A stretch of DNA of 35,703 nucleotides from a virus (taxonomy: Duplodnaviria; Caudoviricetes). Location of the stretch: positions 1-35,703 of IMG/VR virus record IMGVR_UViG_3300009634_000230. The stretch is one strand, 5' to 3'. Positions 27,545-35,703 of the stretch are shown here, piece by piece. The first letter of the stretch is position 1. The number at the start of each line of letters is the position of its first letter. The position numbers and the translations under genes are program-made. Below the pieces are notes generated by a model. That model saw only the letters and a list, made by a program, of their open reading frames with translations. It was not told the DNA's origin and searched no databases.

Positions 27545-27787
27545 TTAAAGGTTGATATGGAAGAGCGTCAAAACCGTTTTGACGTAATTACTGATAACGT
27601 CGAAAATTTTGTCATCTTCCTGCGAGGGTGTGAGCTTAACAATCGCATGGATCAGGCCGTAAGCAGGAGGAATAATGGTTACGAATAAAACCCAGTGCAT
27701 ATAAAGCCAGCCGCCGGTGATCCCGAAGAGGCCAAGCGTATTCGGGTCCGCGATGTTCATGTCTGCGATTCCAAGTATGATGTTCAT
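27545..27787 (-). CDS. Holin-like membrane protein
   Basis: 79 aa hydrophobic protein; AIVKLTPSQEDDKI motif recalled from small phage holin-like proteins. Confidence 0.6.
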   Translation of the reverse strand: MNIILGIADMNIADPNTLGLFGITGGWLYMHWVLFVTIIPPAYGLIHAIVKLTPSQEDDKIFDVISNYVKTVLTLFHINL

Positions 27788-27839
27788 TTTATGTCCCCTT
27801 CAAAAATTATAGTTTATCTTTGGCAATGAATCACTTAAC

Positions 27840-28184
27840 TCACCATTTCCGTTTTTCTAAATAGCCGACTGGCTTGCCTGTTTGAATCGCATAATCAATT
27901 TCGCTCCGCGTGCTTTGACCGATGTAGCCGCCGACATTCAACACAAAAACCTCATCAGCAAGGTCAATTTTTCTCTTATGAACCTCATCGACCAGTTCTT
28001 TGACGCCTTCTATGTCCCCGATATGTGGGCCTTTGAAATAAGAATCGGGCAAAGCGCACCAACTAAGAACAATCGCCCCTTGTTTGGTTAATTCCCATTG
28101 CAAAATTAGCATCTGTTCTGTAAAACGCGTAGAACCGCACAAGCAAATTGTTTTGGGAAAGCCGTCTGGTTTTTCAATTTTCAT
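27840..28184 (-). CDS. Nucleoside deoxyribosyltransferase-like (DUF4406-like) protein
   Basis: ICLCGSTRF ... HKRKIDLADEVFVLNVGGYIGQSTRSEIDYA. Confidence 0.7.
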   Translation of the reverse strand: MKIEKPDGFPKTICLCGSTRFTEQMLILQWELTKQGAIVLSWCALPDSYFKGPHIGDIEGVKELVDEVHKRKIDLADEVFVLNVGGYIGQSTRSEIDYAIQTGKPVGYLEKRKW

Positions 28185-28273
28185 ATTTTGCTCTTTTGGT
28201 GAGTCAACTGATTCAACACCTTATCTTTTGCGGTTACAAACCGCGTTCAATTTGCCGAAGCGGGCCCATCTTT
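28141..28273. repeat. 133-bp inverted repeat, native copy
   Basis: Reverse complement of 33658-33790 with 1 mismatch. Confidence 0.95.
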
Positions 28274-28485
28274 TCGCTCCGTGTCCACTTTCTCAGTCCG
28301 TGGACTGCCAGGCCGATGAATATGATATCGCGGGCCGCCAGGGACCACATTCGGGCATGAACATGCAGTCCTGCGCAGATGGTATTGCTCACAAGCCAGA
28401 CATAAAAGCATCTCCGGTCGAGGTAGTTATTGAGGGCCACCCCGATCACTGTCAGTATCGTCGATATGGTTCCTAAAATTTCCAT
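28234..28485 (-). CDS. Small PnuC-like membrane protein
   Basis: Three hydrophobic segments; GVALN...CFYVWLVSN...GLRKW pattern. Confidence 0.6.
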   Translation of the reverse strand: MEILGTISTILTVIGVALNNYLDRRCFYVWLVSNTICAGLHVHARMWSLAARDIIFIGLAVHGLRKWTRSEKMGPLRQIERGL

Positions 28486-28495
28486 ATTTTCTTGT

Positions 28496-28789
28496 CTAAC
28501 TTCTTGCTATCATGTAATAATTGTTTCCATCTTTAACGTGAAAGCGTTTTACTGTGTAGCCATAATCTTTAAGAAATTTTCGTATCTCGAAAATTCGGGC
28601 GTTATATTGTGGTGCCATTTCCGCCAGTTCGCCCGTTGACACTTTTGGTAGTATTCTGTTGTTAAGGCGGTTGAACACCCGCCAGGTCTGCGCCTTGAGC
28701 CGTTTTGCATCCTCCTCACGGACGGAGACATTGACTTGGAGGTCCGCCAGCGTCATCTGTCCCTTCGATACTACCGTATATCTGTTCAA
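28496..28789 (-). CDS. Winged-HTH hypothetical protein
   Basis: VSTGELAEMAPQYNARIFEIRK..GY motif. Confidence 0.55.
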   Translation of the reverse strand: MNRYTVVSKGQMTLADLQVNVSVREEDAKRLKAQTWRVFNRLNNRILPKVSTGELAEMAPQYNARIFEIRKFLKDYGYTVKRFHVKDGNNYYMIARS

Positions 28790-29556
28790 AATGGTCTCTC
28801 CCTCACCCGCACATCCACGGGTAGTTCCTCAATATTTTTCAACAGCCGTCCCTGATAGTGAATCTGTTTGACCCATAAAGGGATCCCGGCGGCCTTGCAC
28901 TGTTCGACAATCGGTTTGACGCAGTTATGCCAGCCGTTGCCTGAAGGCGAGCTGGGTCTGCCCGGCCTCCAACCCAATGATTCCTCCTCGATGATGACCC
29001 AGTTGATTCCTTCGAGGTTGATTTCACCCATATTTCCCAGCAGCGGCCCGAACGATACCCACCGATGAATGGCCGGTATCCTCCGTAGAATGTCAATTTT
29101 CTCCTTTTCGGCGGGGAGACACACCGAAATGCCATACCAGACATTGTCAGGGATAAAGTGCCGATTTTCCCATGGATCGACAAAGTGATATCGAAGTGCG
29201 TTTTCAGGTCTTTTGGTAAGCACAAGGAATTTATGTTGAGGATGATTTTTCATCGCAACGAATATTCGATCTTGTAATTCGATGTTTACATCCCGATGGA
29301 ACAAATCGCACAGGTCGCATACGAAGAACGTGTGCGGCCTCGGCTGCGTTATTTTGCCGTTCATCACCTTTTCACTGATGGCAAACTCAACGGGCGTCCC
29401 ATCGTAAGGATGGTCTTTGAATTTGAGCAGGTTGATTTTCTCCGCCCAGCAATTGGCGCAGCCCGGCGAACATTTTGTACAGTGGTATCCGCCGCGTGAA
29501 TCTATTATCGGATTCCAACTTTCATCCCAGTATTTGCCGATTCGTTTATTATCCAT
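28786..29556 (-). CDS. Phage Gp37/Gp68 (DUF5131) family protein
   Basis: SWNPI..CTKCSPGCANCWAE, FVCDLCDLFH, LTKRPE, NVWYGISV and WVKQ motifs. Start placed at MDNKRIG. Confidence 0.88.
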   Translation of the reverse strand: MDNKRIGKYWDESWNPIIDSRGGYHCTKCSPGCANCWAEKINLLKFKDHPYDGTPVEFAISEKVMNGKITQPRPHTFFVCDLCDLFHRDVNIELQDRIFVAMKNHPQHKFLVLTKRPENALRYHFVDPWENRHFIPDNVWYGISVCLPAEKEKIDILRRIPAIHRWVSFGPLLGNMGEINLEGINWVIIEEESLGWRPGRPSSPSGNGWHNCVKPIVEQCKAAGIPLWVKQIHYQGRLLKNIEELPVDVRVRERPF

Positions 29557-29693
29557 CTTTCGGTTCCCCCGGGATACAGTATTCCGCCTGTGTGTCATCT
29601 TTTTCGAGCGGGTTTTCGTAAAATCCGCACCAGGGCGGGTCATCTTCGTAATATTTGCATTCAGAGCAATTTTTCATGGGGCCGCAGGCCTTC

Positions 29694-31385
29694 TCAAATT
29701 TTCTTTTTACCATTTACTTTTTTATTTTTACTATCCGCCGTTTCAGCGGTCTGGTTTGCCCACGATTTCGGTTCCTTGTATTCCTCACAGGCCTCGGCGA
29801 AGAGTTTATCGATATCCAGTCCTATCAGCCTGGCCGTTGCCTTCGCATCCTCGATGAGTTCATCTTTTGTCTGCGTGATGGGTGTTGTCGCATCGATGAG
29901 GTTAAGGGACAGGGTTTTACGGATATTGAGCCAGAGTGTCTCGAGTATTTCCGGCTGTTTTTCATTTTCGAGCTTCGCAAAACTCATCCAGTCCTGGTTT
30001 ACGCGGCGTTCATGGAGACCGTAATTATTGAATGTCGTCCCGAACGTCGCAGTCAGCGCCATCACAGTCGATATTTTGTTATCGCAGACCAGCGATTTTA
30101 TATCCGCCTTGCCCACAAGTTCGCTTACCTTGCGAATGACAACTGACCAGCGTTTTTTGTCTAACATCTTTCTCTTTTCCGCCATCGACTTCCAGGAGGC
30201 CTTGCCGGAGGTCCCCGAGTTGCTGCTCTTGTGGTTCGCAACAGGGGATCCAGCTTTTTGTTTTTGCGGTATTATCCATCTCAGCTCGCCTGCCTTCGGG
30301 CCATGGACTATCATAGCCGGCACCGCATCCTTTTTGCCCTCTTCGGAACCCTTCCACTGGCTGGTCAGGGGGCCGAAAATAGATGTCAGTTCGTTATATT
30401 CGTTGGAATCGATATGCGCTGCCTCATCCGGCAGGACCGCAAAGATGAGATTCTTATGTTTTGCCAGCAGTTCCTTTCTCTTCATATCGAGATATGCGGT
30501 CATCTTTTTATACCAGCATGCGGGATTAAGGCAGCGGGCATTATCGGCGATTGCCGCGGGGTCATCGGTATCATCAAAGAGTCCCGGCTGGGCATCCGTC
30601 CTATCGAGGCAGCCGGAGCATGCAGCGCCTTTCTTGTCTCCTTTTCTGATTTCACCGAGGAGCCGGTCTTCCATATCCCAGGGCGCTTGTTTCAGCAATC
30701 GCCACATCTCTTTAATTTCCTGTTCAATTTCAGCCACTGTTCGCGGGTCGTCCCATTCACCGAATACGTCCGCCAGCATCTCATCCTGCATCTTTTGCGG
30801 AATGGCTGCTATGAACTGCAGGTGACTTGCCGTCAGGTATTGCAGGTGCGGCTCGGCGAGGGCTTTTTTCCAGTTCTTTGAGAGGTTGGTCTCAATTGCT
30901 CTCCTCTGGAGTACCCACGATATGGATTTGCCCAGTTTCGATGCCACCGCCTTTGTGTCACCATCATATTTGTCAAAAAGTATGTTGACCGCCCTGCCCT
31001 GTTCGAGTACGGACAGGTCCTCGCGTGCGAAGTTCTCGGCGAATGTTATCTCGAATGCCTCAGCATCGGAGATTGTGCCGTAATTTATTGCCCGTATCAG
31101 GGTCACATTGCCGAGTCCTGCGGCCATTTTCTCCGCGGCAAGCCGTCTCTGGCCCCCCAGCAGCTCGTATTTGCCTTTGTGTTGCGGGTGGTTTCGGACT
31201 ATTACAGGCACAAGCACTCCTTGTCCGCGGATACTTCCAAGCAGTTCGAGGAATTTCGGGCTTTTCTCATCGATGATGCGGGGATTATCGCCCGATGGCT
31301 CGATATCTCTCACCGCAAGCATTACCAGTTCCTCTTTTCTCGTTTTGTCCGCCCCTGCGGGTTTTTCCGTTTGCGCTGTTTTCAT
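29694..31385 (-). CDS. ParB/RepB/Spo0J-family protein with long C-terminus
   Basis: NPR..SIRGQGVLVPVIVR..YELLGGQRRLAA..ENFAREDLS; HTH VASKLGKSISWV; C..C...CLNPAC. Confidence 0.88.
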   Translation of the reverse strand: MKTAQTEKPAGADKTRKEELVMLAVRDIEPSGDNPRIIDEKSPKFLELLGSIRGQGVLVPVIVRNHPQHKGKYELLGGQRRLAAEKMAAGLGNVTLIRAINYGTISDAEAFEITFAENFAREDLSVLEQGRAVNILFDKYDGDTKAVASKLGKSISWVLQRRAIETNLSKNWKKALAEPHLQYLTASHLQFIAAIPQKMQDEMLADVFGEWDDPRTVAEIEQEIKEMWRLLKQAPWDMEDRLLGEIRKGDKKGAACSGCLDRTDAQPGLFDDTDDPAAIADNARCLNPACWYKKMTAYLDMKRKELLAKHKNLIFAVLPDEAAHIDSNEYNELTSIFGPLTSQWKGSEEGKKDAVPAMIVHGPKAGELRWIIPQKQKAGSPVANHKSSNSGTSGKASWKSMAEKRKMLDKKRWSVVIRKVSELVGKADIKSLVCDNKISTVMALTATFGTTFNNYGLHERRVNQDWMSFAKLENEKQPEILETLWLNIRKTLSLNLIDATTPITQTKDELIEDAKATARLIGLDIDKLFAEACEEYKEPKSWANQTAETADSKNKKVNGKKKI

Positions 31386-31430
31386 AATTCTTTCCTTTCT
31401 CAATTCTAAATTCTAAATTCTTAATTATTT

Positions 31431-32174
31431 TTACGTTGCCGATTCGTTAGCCGTGTCCCTGACCGGCATCCCATACTGTTTTTTTACAAACGAAAAATGT
31501 CCGCACTTGGGACATTTGTCGGGTTTTGCCGTAAATTCCTTTTCGCAATTTGTGCATTCGTAGATTACAAAATCTCCTCTGTATTCCCCGCCTGTCGGCA
31601 TCTTGTTTTCCGTCGCCGCGGCAAGCTCCTTTAAATCCATTTTTTCAAGCATTTTTATTTGTGATAGGTAACAAGGGTTAATCGGTTTAAACCCTTTCTC
31701 CTTGATTTTCGCATCGAGCGCGGCTATTGCCTGCTGTTGCGTTGCGAAATGTTCACACCACTTGAACTTTGTCCGGTTGATGTTGGCGGTCCACTGTTTT
31801 GTGCTCGCCTTTTTTCCCGGCTTGTAATATACGCCTGGATACTTGTTCTTCTGAAATTTCAAATCTGAAATTCTCCGTCTTATCTCCGGTCCTTCCCCCA
31901 TCCCCAAGTCCTCTGTGATTTTTCGTGTCTTCTTTTCTTTTTGGGGGTCAATAAAACTCTGTGCCCTCTGTGTCCTTTGTGGCTGAACAATTTTCACAAG
32001 CATCTTCACAAAATCGTTATCCGACTCCATTTCTGCTGTCTTGCCGGTAAGCAGGTTCCGCAACGTGATGATTGTCTTTGTCCTGACCTCCATTACCCGG
32101 AACACATCCCTGCCGTTTGTAGTGAAAAGGTCATCCTTGACCGCCGATTCGATTCCGTTCATTTTATTTTTCAT
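31431..32174 (-). CDS. Hypothetical protein with AP2-like segment and C-terminal Zn ribbon
   Basis: KYPGVYY..WTANI..F.TQQQA; CTNC..CPKCG. Confidence 0.55.
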   Translation of the reverse strand: MKNKMNGIESAVKDDLFTTNGRDVFRVMEVRTKTIITLRNLLTGKTAEMESDNDFVKMLVKIVQPQRTQRAQSFIDPQKEKKTRKITEDLGMGEGPEIRRRISDLKFQKNKYPGVYYKPGKKASTKQWTANINRTKFKWCEHFATQQQAIAALDAKIKEKGFKPINPCYLSQIKMLEKMDLKELAAATENKMPTGGEYRGDFVIYECTNCEKEFTAKPDKCPKCGHFSFVKKQYGMPVRDTANESAT

Positions 32175-32214
32175 ATTTCAACTCTCAAATCTTAGATCTC
32201 AAATCCTTCGCGCC

Positions 32215-32421
32215 CTATTCCGTCCCCGGCAATTTTTCTTGTACGCACTCGATTGTCAGCGTTATTTCATCTTTACCCTCTGCCAGCGCCTTGAGCTGCC
32301 CGATCTGCGCCTCGCTGAATTTGAGGGCATCGAACTTGACGGCCGGGTGACTGCCCTTATCGTTTGTTTTTTCGATTATTTCCCTGACCCTTGTCTTTAC
32401 CGCAATTTTCGTTTTCGCCAT
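32215..32421 (-). CDS. Hypothetical protein
   Basis: 68 aa in operon context. Confidence 0.55.
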   Translation of the reverse strand: MAKTKIAVKTRVREIIEKTNDKGSHPAVKFDALKFSEAQIGQLKALAEGKDEITLTIECVQEKLPGTE

Positions 32422-32425
32422 TTTT

Positions 32426-32743
32426 TCATTCCTTATTTTTGCTGTTTATTGTTTGCTTTTTGAAATACGGTTGTGCGTACTGGTCGCAGACCATCCTGTT
32501 CCATTTTGCGATTGTTTCCGGGCCGATTTTGCCATCTATTTTTTCGCAGCCGATGAGCTGCTGTATCTCCTCGATTGTGGGAATCCTCTCAGCGATCAGC
32601 GTTTGTCGTTCGGCGTTCAATTCTGTCCGCTGTCCGCTGTTCCTGTACGCTGATTCATATCCCCTCCCGAAGAACCATCCGCCGGCAATGAGCATCGCCA
32701 CATATAAGCATGTTCCTGCGAATTTTATTATGTCTTTTTTCAC
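32426..32743 (-). CDS. Membrane-anchored protein with peptidoglycan-binding-like motif
   Basis: N-terminal TM; [16 protein letters not shown] matches the PG_binding_1 pattern. Confidence 0.55.
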   Translation of the reverse strand: MKKDIIKFAGTCLYVAMLIAGGWFFGRGYESAYRNSGQRTELNAERQTLIAERIPTIEEIQQLIGCEKIDGKIGPETIAKWNRMVCDQYAQPYFKKQTINSKNKE

Positions 32744-33897
32744 GCCGTTGCCTTCGCTTCGATTTCCTGCAATTTGACGTTAACCCGCACGATTGCTTCT
32801 GCTATGGGTGGGCATACACTGTTTCCGATTTTTGCTACCTGACTTGATTTGCTTTTGCCCGTGAGAATATAATTTGCGGGAAATCCCTGAGCCAATGCCA
32901 ACTCTCGCGGCGTAAGCATCCGCAGGCCGATATCGGCAATTTGATATTCCTGCCCTTGTATTGTTACCAGTCCCAGCCGGTCTTTTGTTGTGATTGTGTG
33001 CATCGGTTTTTTAAGTGTTTGCCCGATATTTGTGCCGTAATACTTTATGAGGAAAGCCCGGACTTCCCCGATATGCGTCCCCGTCGCCGTCACAGTCGGG
33101 ACCGGACTTCTCATATCGCTACCGATATTTGTCCCGTAGAATTTCGTGAGGTGACTTGTCACTATTGCATTGTGGTCTATCGAGGTTATCGTCGGCAGTG
33201 GTCTGTTCATCGCCGCGCAGGGATTGCTGCATTTGTAATACTTTGACAAAAACGCTGTGATTAAAGCGAAACGGTTCTCAGTTGTAATCGTCCGTAGCGG
33301 TTGTTCAGGAGGATAAACATAAGAGGCATTTCCTTTTTTGTGGTCGATTGCCAGCAAGTAAGGTTCGACCAATGCAAAACGGTTTGAAGTATCTACCGTT
33401 GCTATTGGTTTGACTGGTGTTTCACAACGGCTTTCGCCTGCCTTTTGTTTGTGATATTTCGAGAGATACGGCACAATAAGGGCCTTGTTGTTTTCCAGTG
33501 TAATCGTATTAAGCGGCTGTCTTGTGCTGAAGTTTTTGCGCTGGCCTTCAGGGCCGCCAACGCCGATTACAAATGGTTCTTTCGCCTCGATAACGAATTT
33601 GCGAAGTCCTTTTGCTATACGCTGCAACGTGTTTTCAGCCAGCGGCTTTTTGCGCTCAAAGATGGGCCCGCTTCGGCAAATTGAACGCGGTTTGTAACCG
33701 CAAAAGATAAGGTGTTGAATCAGTTGACTCACCAAAAGAGCAAAATATGAAAATTGAAAAACCAGACGGCTTTCCCAAATCAATTTGCTTTCCGGCTGCG
33801 GCTTTATTATCCTTCTCGTCTGTGTTTTTCGGCCATCGAGAATCGCCCGTACCATCTCGCCACTGAACAGAATCGGATGTTCTTTTTTCATTTTCAT
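32740..33897 (-). pseudogene. Chimera: ASCH-like N-terminus + inverted insert + C-terminal half of C5 cytosine methyltransferase
   Basis: [22 protein letters not shown]; 133-bp antisense insert; [37 protein letters not shown]. FxGxG, catalytic PC and ENV motifs are absent. Confidence 0.85.
33658..33790. repeat. 133-bp inverted repeat, inserted copy
   Basis: Reverse complement of 28141-28273. Confidence 0.95.
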
Positions 33898-33964
33898 ACG
33901 CATCTCGAGCAAATCGTATGTTCCTTATCCGCCCACTCACATGGTGGGTCACACGCCGCTTCAA

Positions 33965-34288
33965 TCATCTTGTCTCCTCATTCTTGCGTTGCGTATTCTC
34001 TCTAAAACACTTTTTTTCATTGAATGGATAATCCCGGCACGCCTCAGGCAAACCTTTTCTCCCGATGTATTCCCAAATCAAGCAGGTCGGCGTATTATCG
34101 ATAATCGCGTACATCAGGCACGGTTCGCCGTTATCAATATTTTCCGCTATTTTGTGAAATTGTCTGACAAGTGGATGCTCTGAATTTCCCCAAAAGTTCA
34201 AACCAACCTGGACGCAGCATCGTCCGCATCTTTTGCATTCATGCTTTTTATTATTTGCCTTTTGCTTTTTAATTTTCGTATCACTCAT
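33965..34288 (-). CDS. YkgJ-family cysteine cluster protein
   Basis: CKRCGRCC ... PCL ... TCLIWE ... PEACRDYPF. Confidence 0.75.
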   Translation of the reverse strand: MSDTKIKKQKANNKKHECKRCGRCCVQVGLNFWGNSEHPLVRQFHKIAENIDNGEPCLMYAIIDNTPTCLIWEYIGRKGLPEACRDYPFNEKKCFRENTQRKNEETR

Positions 34289-34509
34289 GCTATCTCATCT
34301 AAGCCCCACGATAATCCCATGACTCTCATAAAATCTAATGTGCATAGTTTGACACCGGTATTTTTGACTATAGGATGACAACGGAAGGCCCACAGGCACG
34401 CGTGACATTGATTGCCTTTCTGCTGATCAGTTTTTATTTTGGACACATCCACTCCTATAAACTTTTTTTCAGTGACATCAGCAATCGTAATCCAGACATC
34501 TGCAATCAT
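34285..34509 (-). CDS. Hypothetical Cys-containing protein
   Basis: GGAGG RBS before MIADVW; ATGA overlap with the next gene. Confidence 0.5.
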   Translation of the reverse strand: MIADVWITIADVTEKKFIGVDVSKIKTDQQKGNQCHACLWAFRCHPIVKNTGVKLCTLDFMRVMGLSWGLDEIA

Positions 34510-35016
34510 GCCGTGGTCCTCCAAATTACTTTCAATACGGTCGTTGAAACGGTCAGCACAGATGCAAAGCGAGGTCCTATTTTCCGACCGACCGGACGCC
34601 GTATTTCCGTTTCAAAATTTGGCTTATTGCGCGAGCCGCGTACCGCCTTGGTTATCGAGAGCCAGGAAGGACCCATTTGACTGCAGTAATCGTTGTTTCT
34701 TCTTTTCAGAATCCTTATTATTCGTTTAAAAACGCCAATGGTTAAATCTTTGTTTTTAACACGATAATGCGGTTTTCTTTCGATGGTGGACATTTGAGAG
34801 GTGGACATGTCGTGTCACCCCCTCATTATCCGCGTGCAAATGCGGTTGCTGCTTAAAATCTGCGGTGCCAATGTCGCTCGCTTTCCTTTTTTCAAAAATC
34901 TCTGCACTACCCACCTATCGCAACCCACAATCACATCACGACTTGCGATCCATCCTGCAATTCCTTGCAACGTTACAGGACCTATTGTTGCACAAAGGGC
35001 AAAAATATAAGCACTT

Positions 35017-35703
35017 TTATTCACGATCCAACACCTCCCCCAGCCCCTTCATTTGCACACCCGCCAGGTGCAGATATCTCGCGGTCATCAGGATGCTTGT
35101 GTGCCCCATCAGTGCCATAAGCATGTATATATCCACACCGTTTCTCAATGCATTCACAGCAAAGGTATGTCGCAGCATGTGAGGGTGCATTTGTTTGGCA
35201 AGTCCAGTATCTTGCCCAATTGTTTTAATCATTCGATAGAGTGTTGTTGACCCTCTTATTTCCCTTGTTTTTTCCGAGACATGCAGATATGGTCTGCCTT
35301 TAAAATTATAAAACACCGGTCTTCCAATGTCCTTTCGTGCCCAGCGCGGCATCGTCTTGGGTCTGATATCATCGATGTATAACTGCAGTTCTTTACGCAG
35401 CCGGCTGCTGATTGGTATGGTCCTGTCCTTGTTTCCTTTTCCCCGCCAGACAGATATCGCCTCAACGCCGAGATACGCTGGGCAATCTCTCAATCGCAGC
35501 ATCGCCAGCTCACCCATGCGCAATCCCGTTTTTATCATCAGTTCGTAAATCAGTTTTATCTGTCTGTTTTGCGGATCAGTTTCATCCATTGAATCCAAAT
35601 AATCGCGGACCTGCTGCTGTTCCTGCTGCGTCAGCACTTTGTCCCAGCCAATCTGGTCAACATGCCTACCCGCCTTGGTGATGTTTGAGTTTTGATTTTG
35701 CAC
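35017..35703 (-). CDS. Tyrosine recombinase (catalytic domain only as seen)
   Basis: TGLRMGE, GKGNKDR, HMLRHTFA, LMGH and TARY give the full R-K-H-R-H-Y set. The GTG start is at the window edge, so the gene may extend further. Confidence 0.92.
   Translation of the reverse strand: MQNQNSNITKAGRHVDQIGWDKVLTQQEQQQVRDYLDSMDETDPQNRQIKLIYELMIKTGLRMGELAMLRLRDCPAYLGVEAISVWRGKGNKDRTIPISSRLRKELQLYIDDIRPKTMPRWARKDIGRPVFYNFKGRPYLHVSEKTREIRGSTTLYRMIKTIGQDTGLAKQMHPHMLRHTFAVNALRNGVDIYMLMALMGHTSILMTARYLHLAGVQMKGLGEVLDRE

Noticed and set aside
32740-33912. Active Dcm-like methyltransferase
   Set aside because: SAM-binding FxGxG, catalytic PC and ENV motifs are missing.
34506-35024. ORFs 34506-34808 and 34815-35024
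   Set aside because: They fit operon spacing but have no recognisable motifs, so they cannot be supported as real genes.
28141-35703. Shufflon or phase-variation system driven by the tyrosine recombinase
   Set aside because: The repeats are 133 bp of ordinary gene sequence, and inversion would not build any alternative intact gene.
1-35703. Stop-codon reassignment or tRNA genes
   Set aside because: Core genes are full length in the standard code and all three stops are used. No cloverleaf or T-loop pattern was noticed in the gaps.

Overview
The window is a 35.7 kb piece of a lambda-like (siphovirus-type) temperate phage or prophage, with almost all genes on the minus strand. Reading right to left: a short tyrosine recombinase; an early/accessory block (YkgJ-like, broken ASCH/C5-methyltransferase chimera, ParB-like, Gp37/Gp68, PnuC-like); a lysis block (holin-like, lipoprotein with u-spanin topology, permuted NlpC/P60 hydrolase); terS/terL; a Zn-ribbon gene with a candidate late promoter; gpW, portal, fused protease-capsid and DUF2190; four signal-peptide proteins; head closure, gpZ, gpU and tail tube; a G/GT chaperone with a -1 frameshift; tape measure, tail-tip proteins and a 14-repeat RCC1 protein. 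No replication module, tRNA, CRISPR or reverse transcriptase is visible. The most unusual signal is five apparently Sec-exported proteins inside the virion operon. These, together with the periplasm-facing lysis proteins, are strongly enriched in a D-x-N (occasionally D-P-C) motif that is rare in the capsid protein. This may reflect a non-canonical periplasmic modification (glycosylation-like) system used by the phage. Other oddities are a 133-bp inverted duplication that replaces the methyltransferase catalytic half, a seemingly permuted head-closure protein, and paired 7-mer/9-mer repeat hairpins at many gene junctions. A Planctomycetota (Phycisphaerae-like) host is my inference from recalled sequence style. 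All calls come from reading the sequence by eye, with no database searches.
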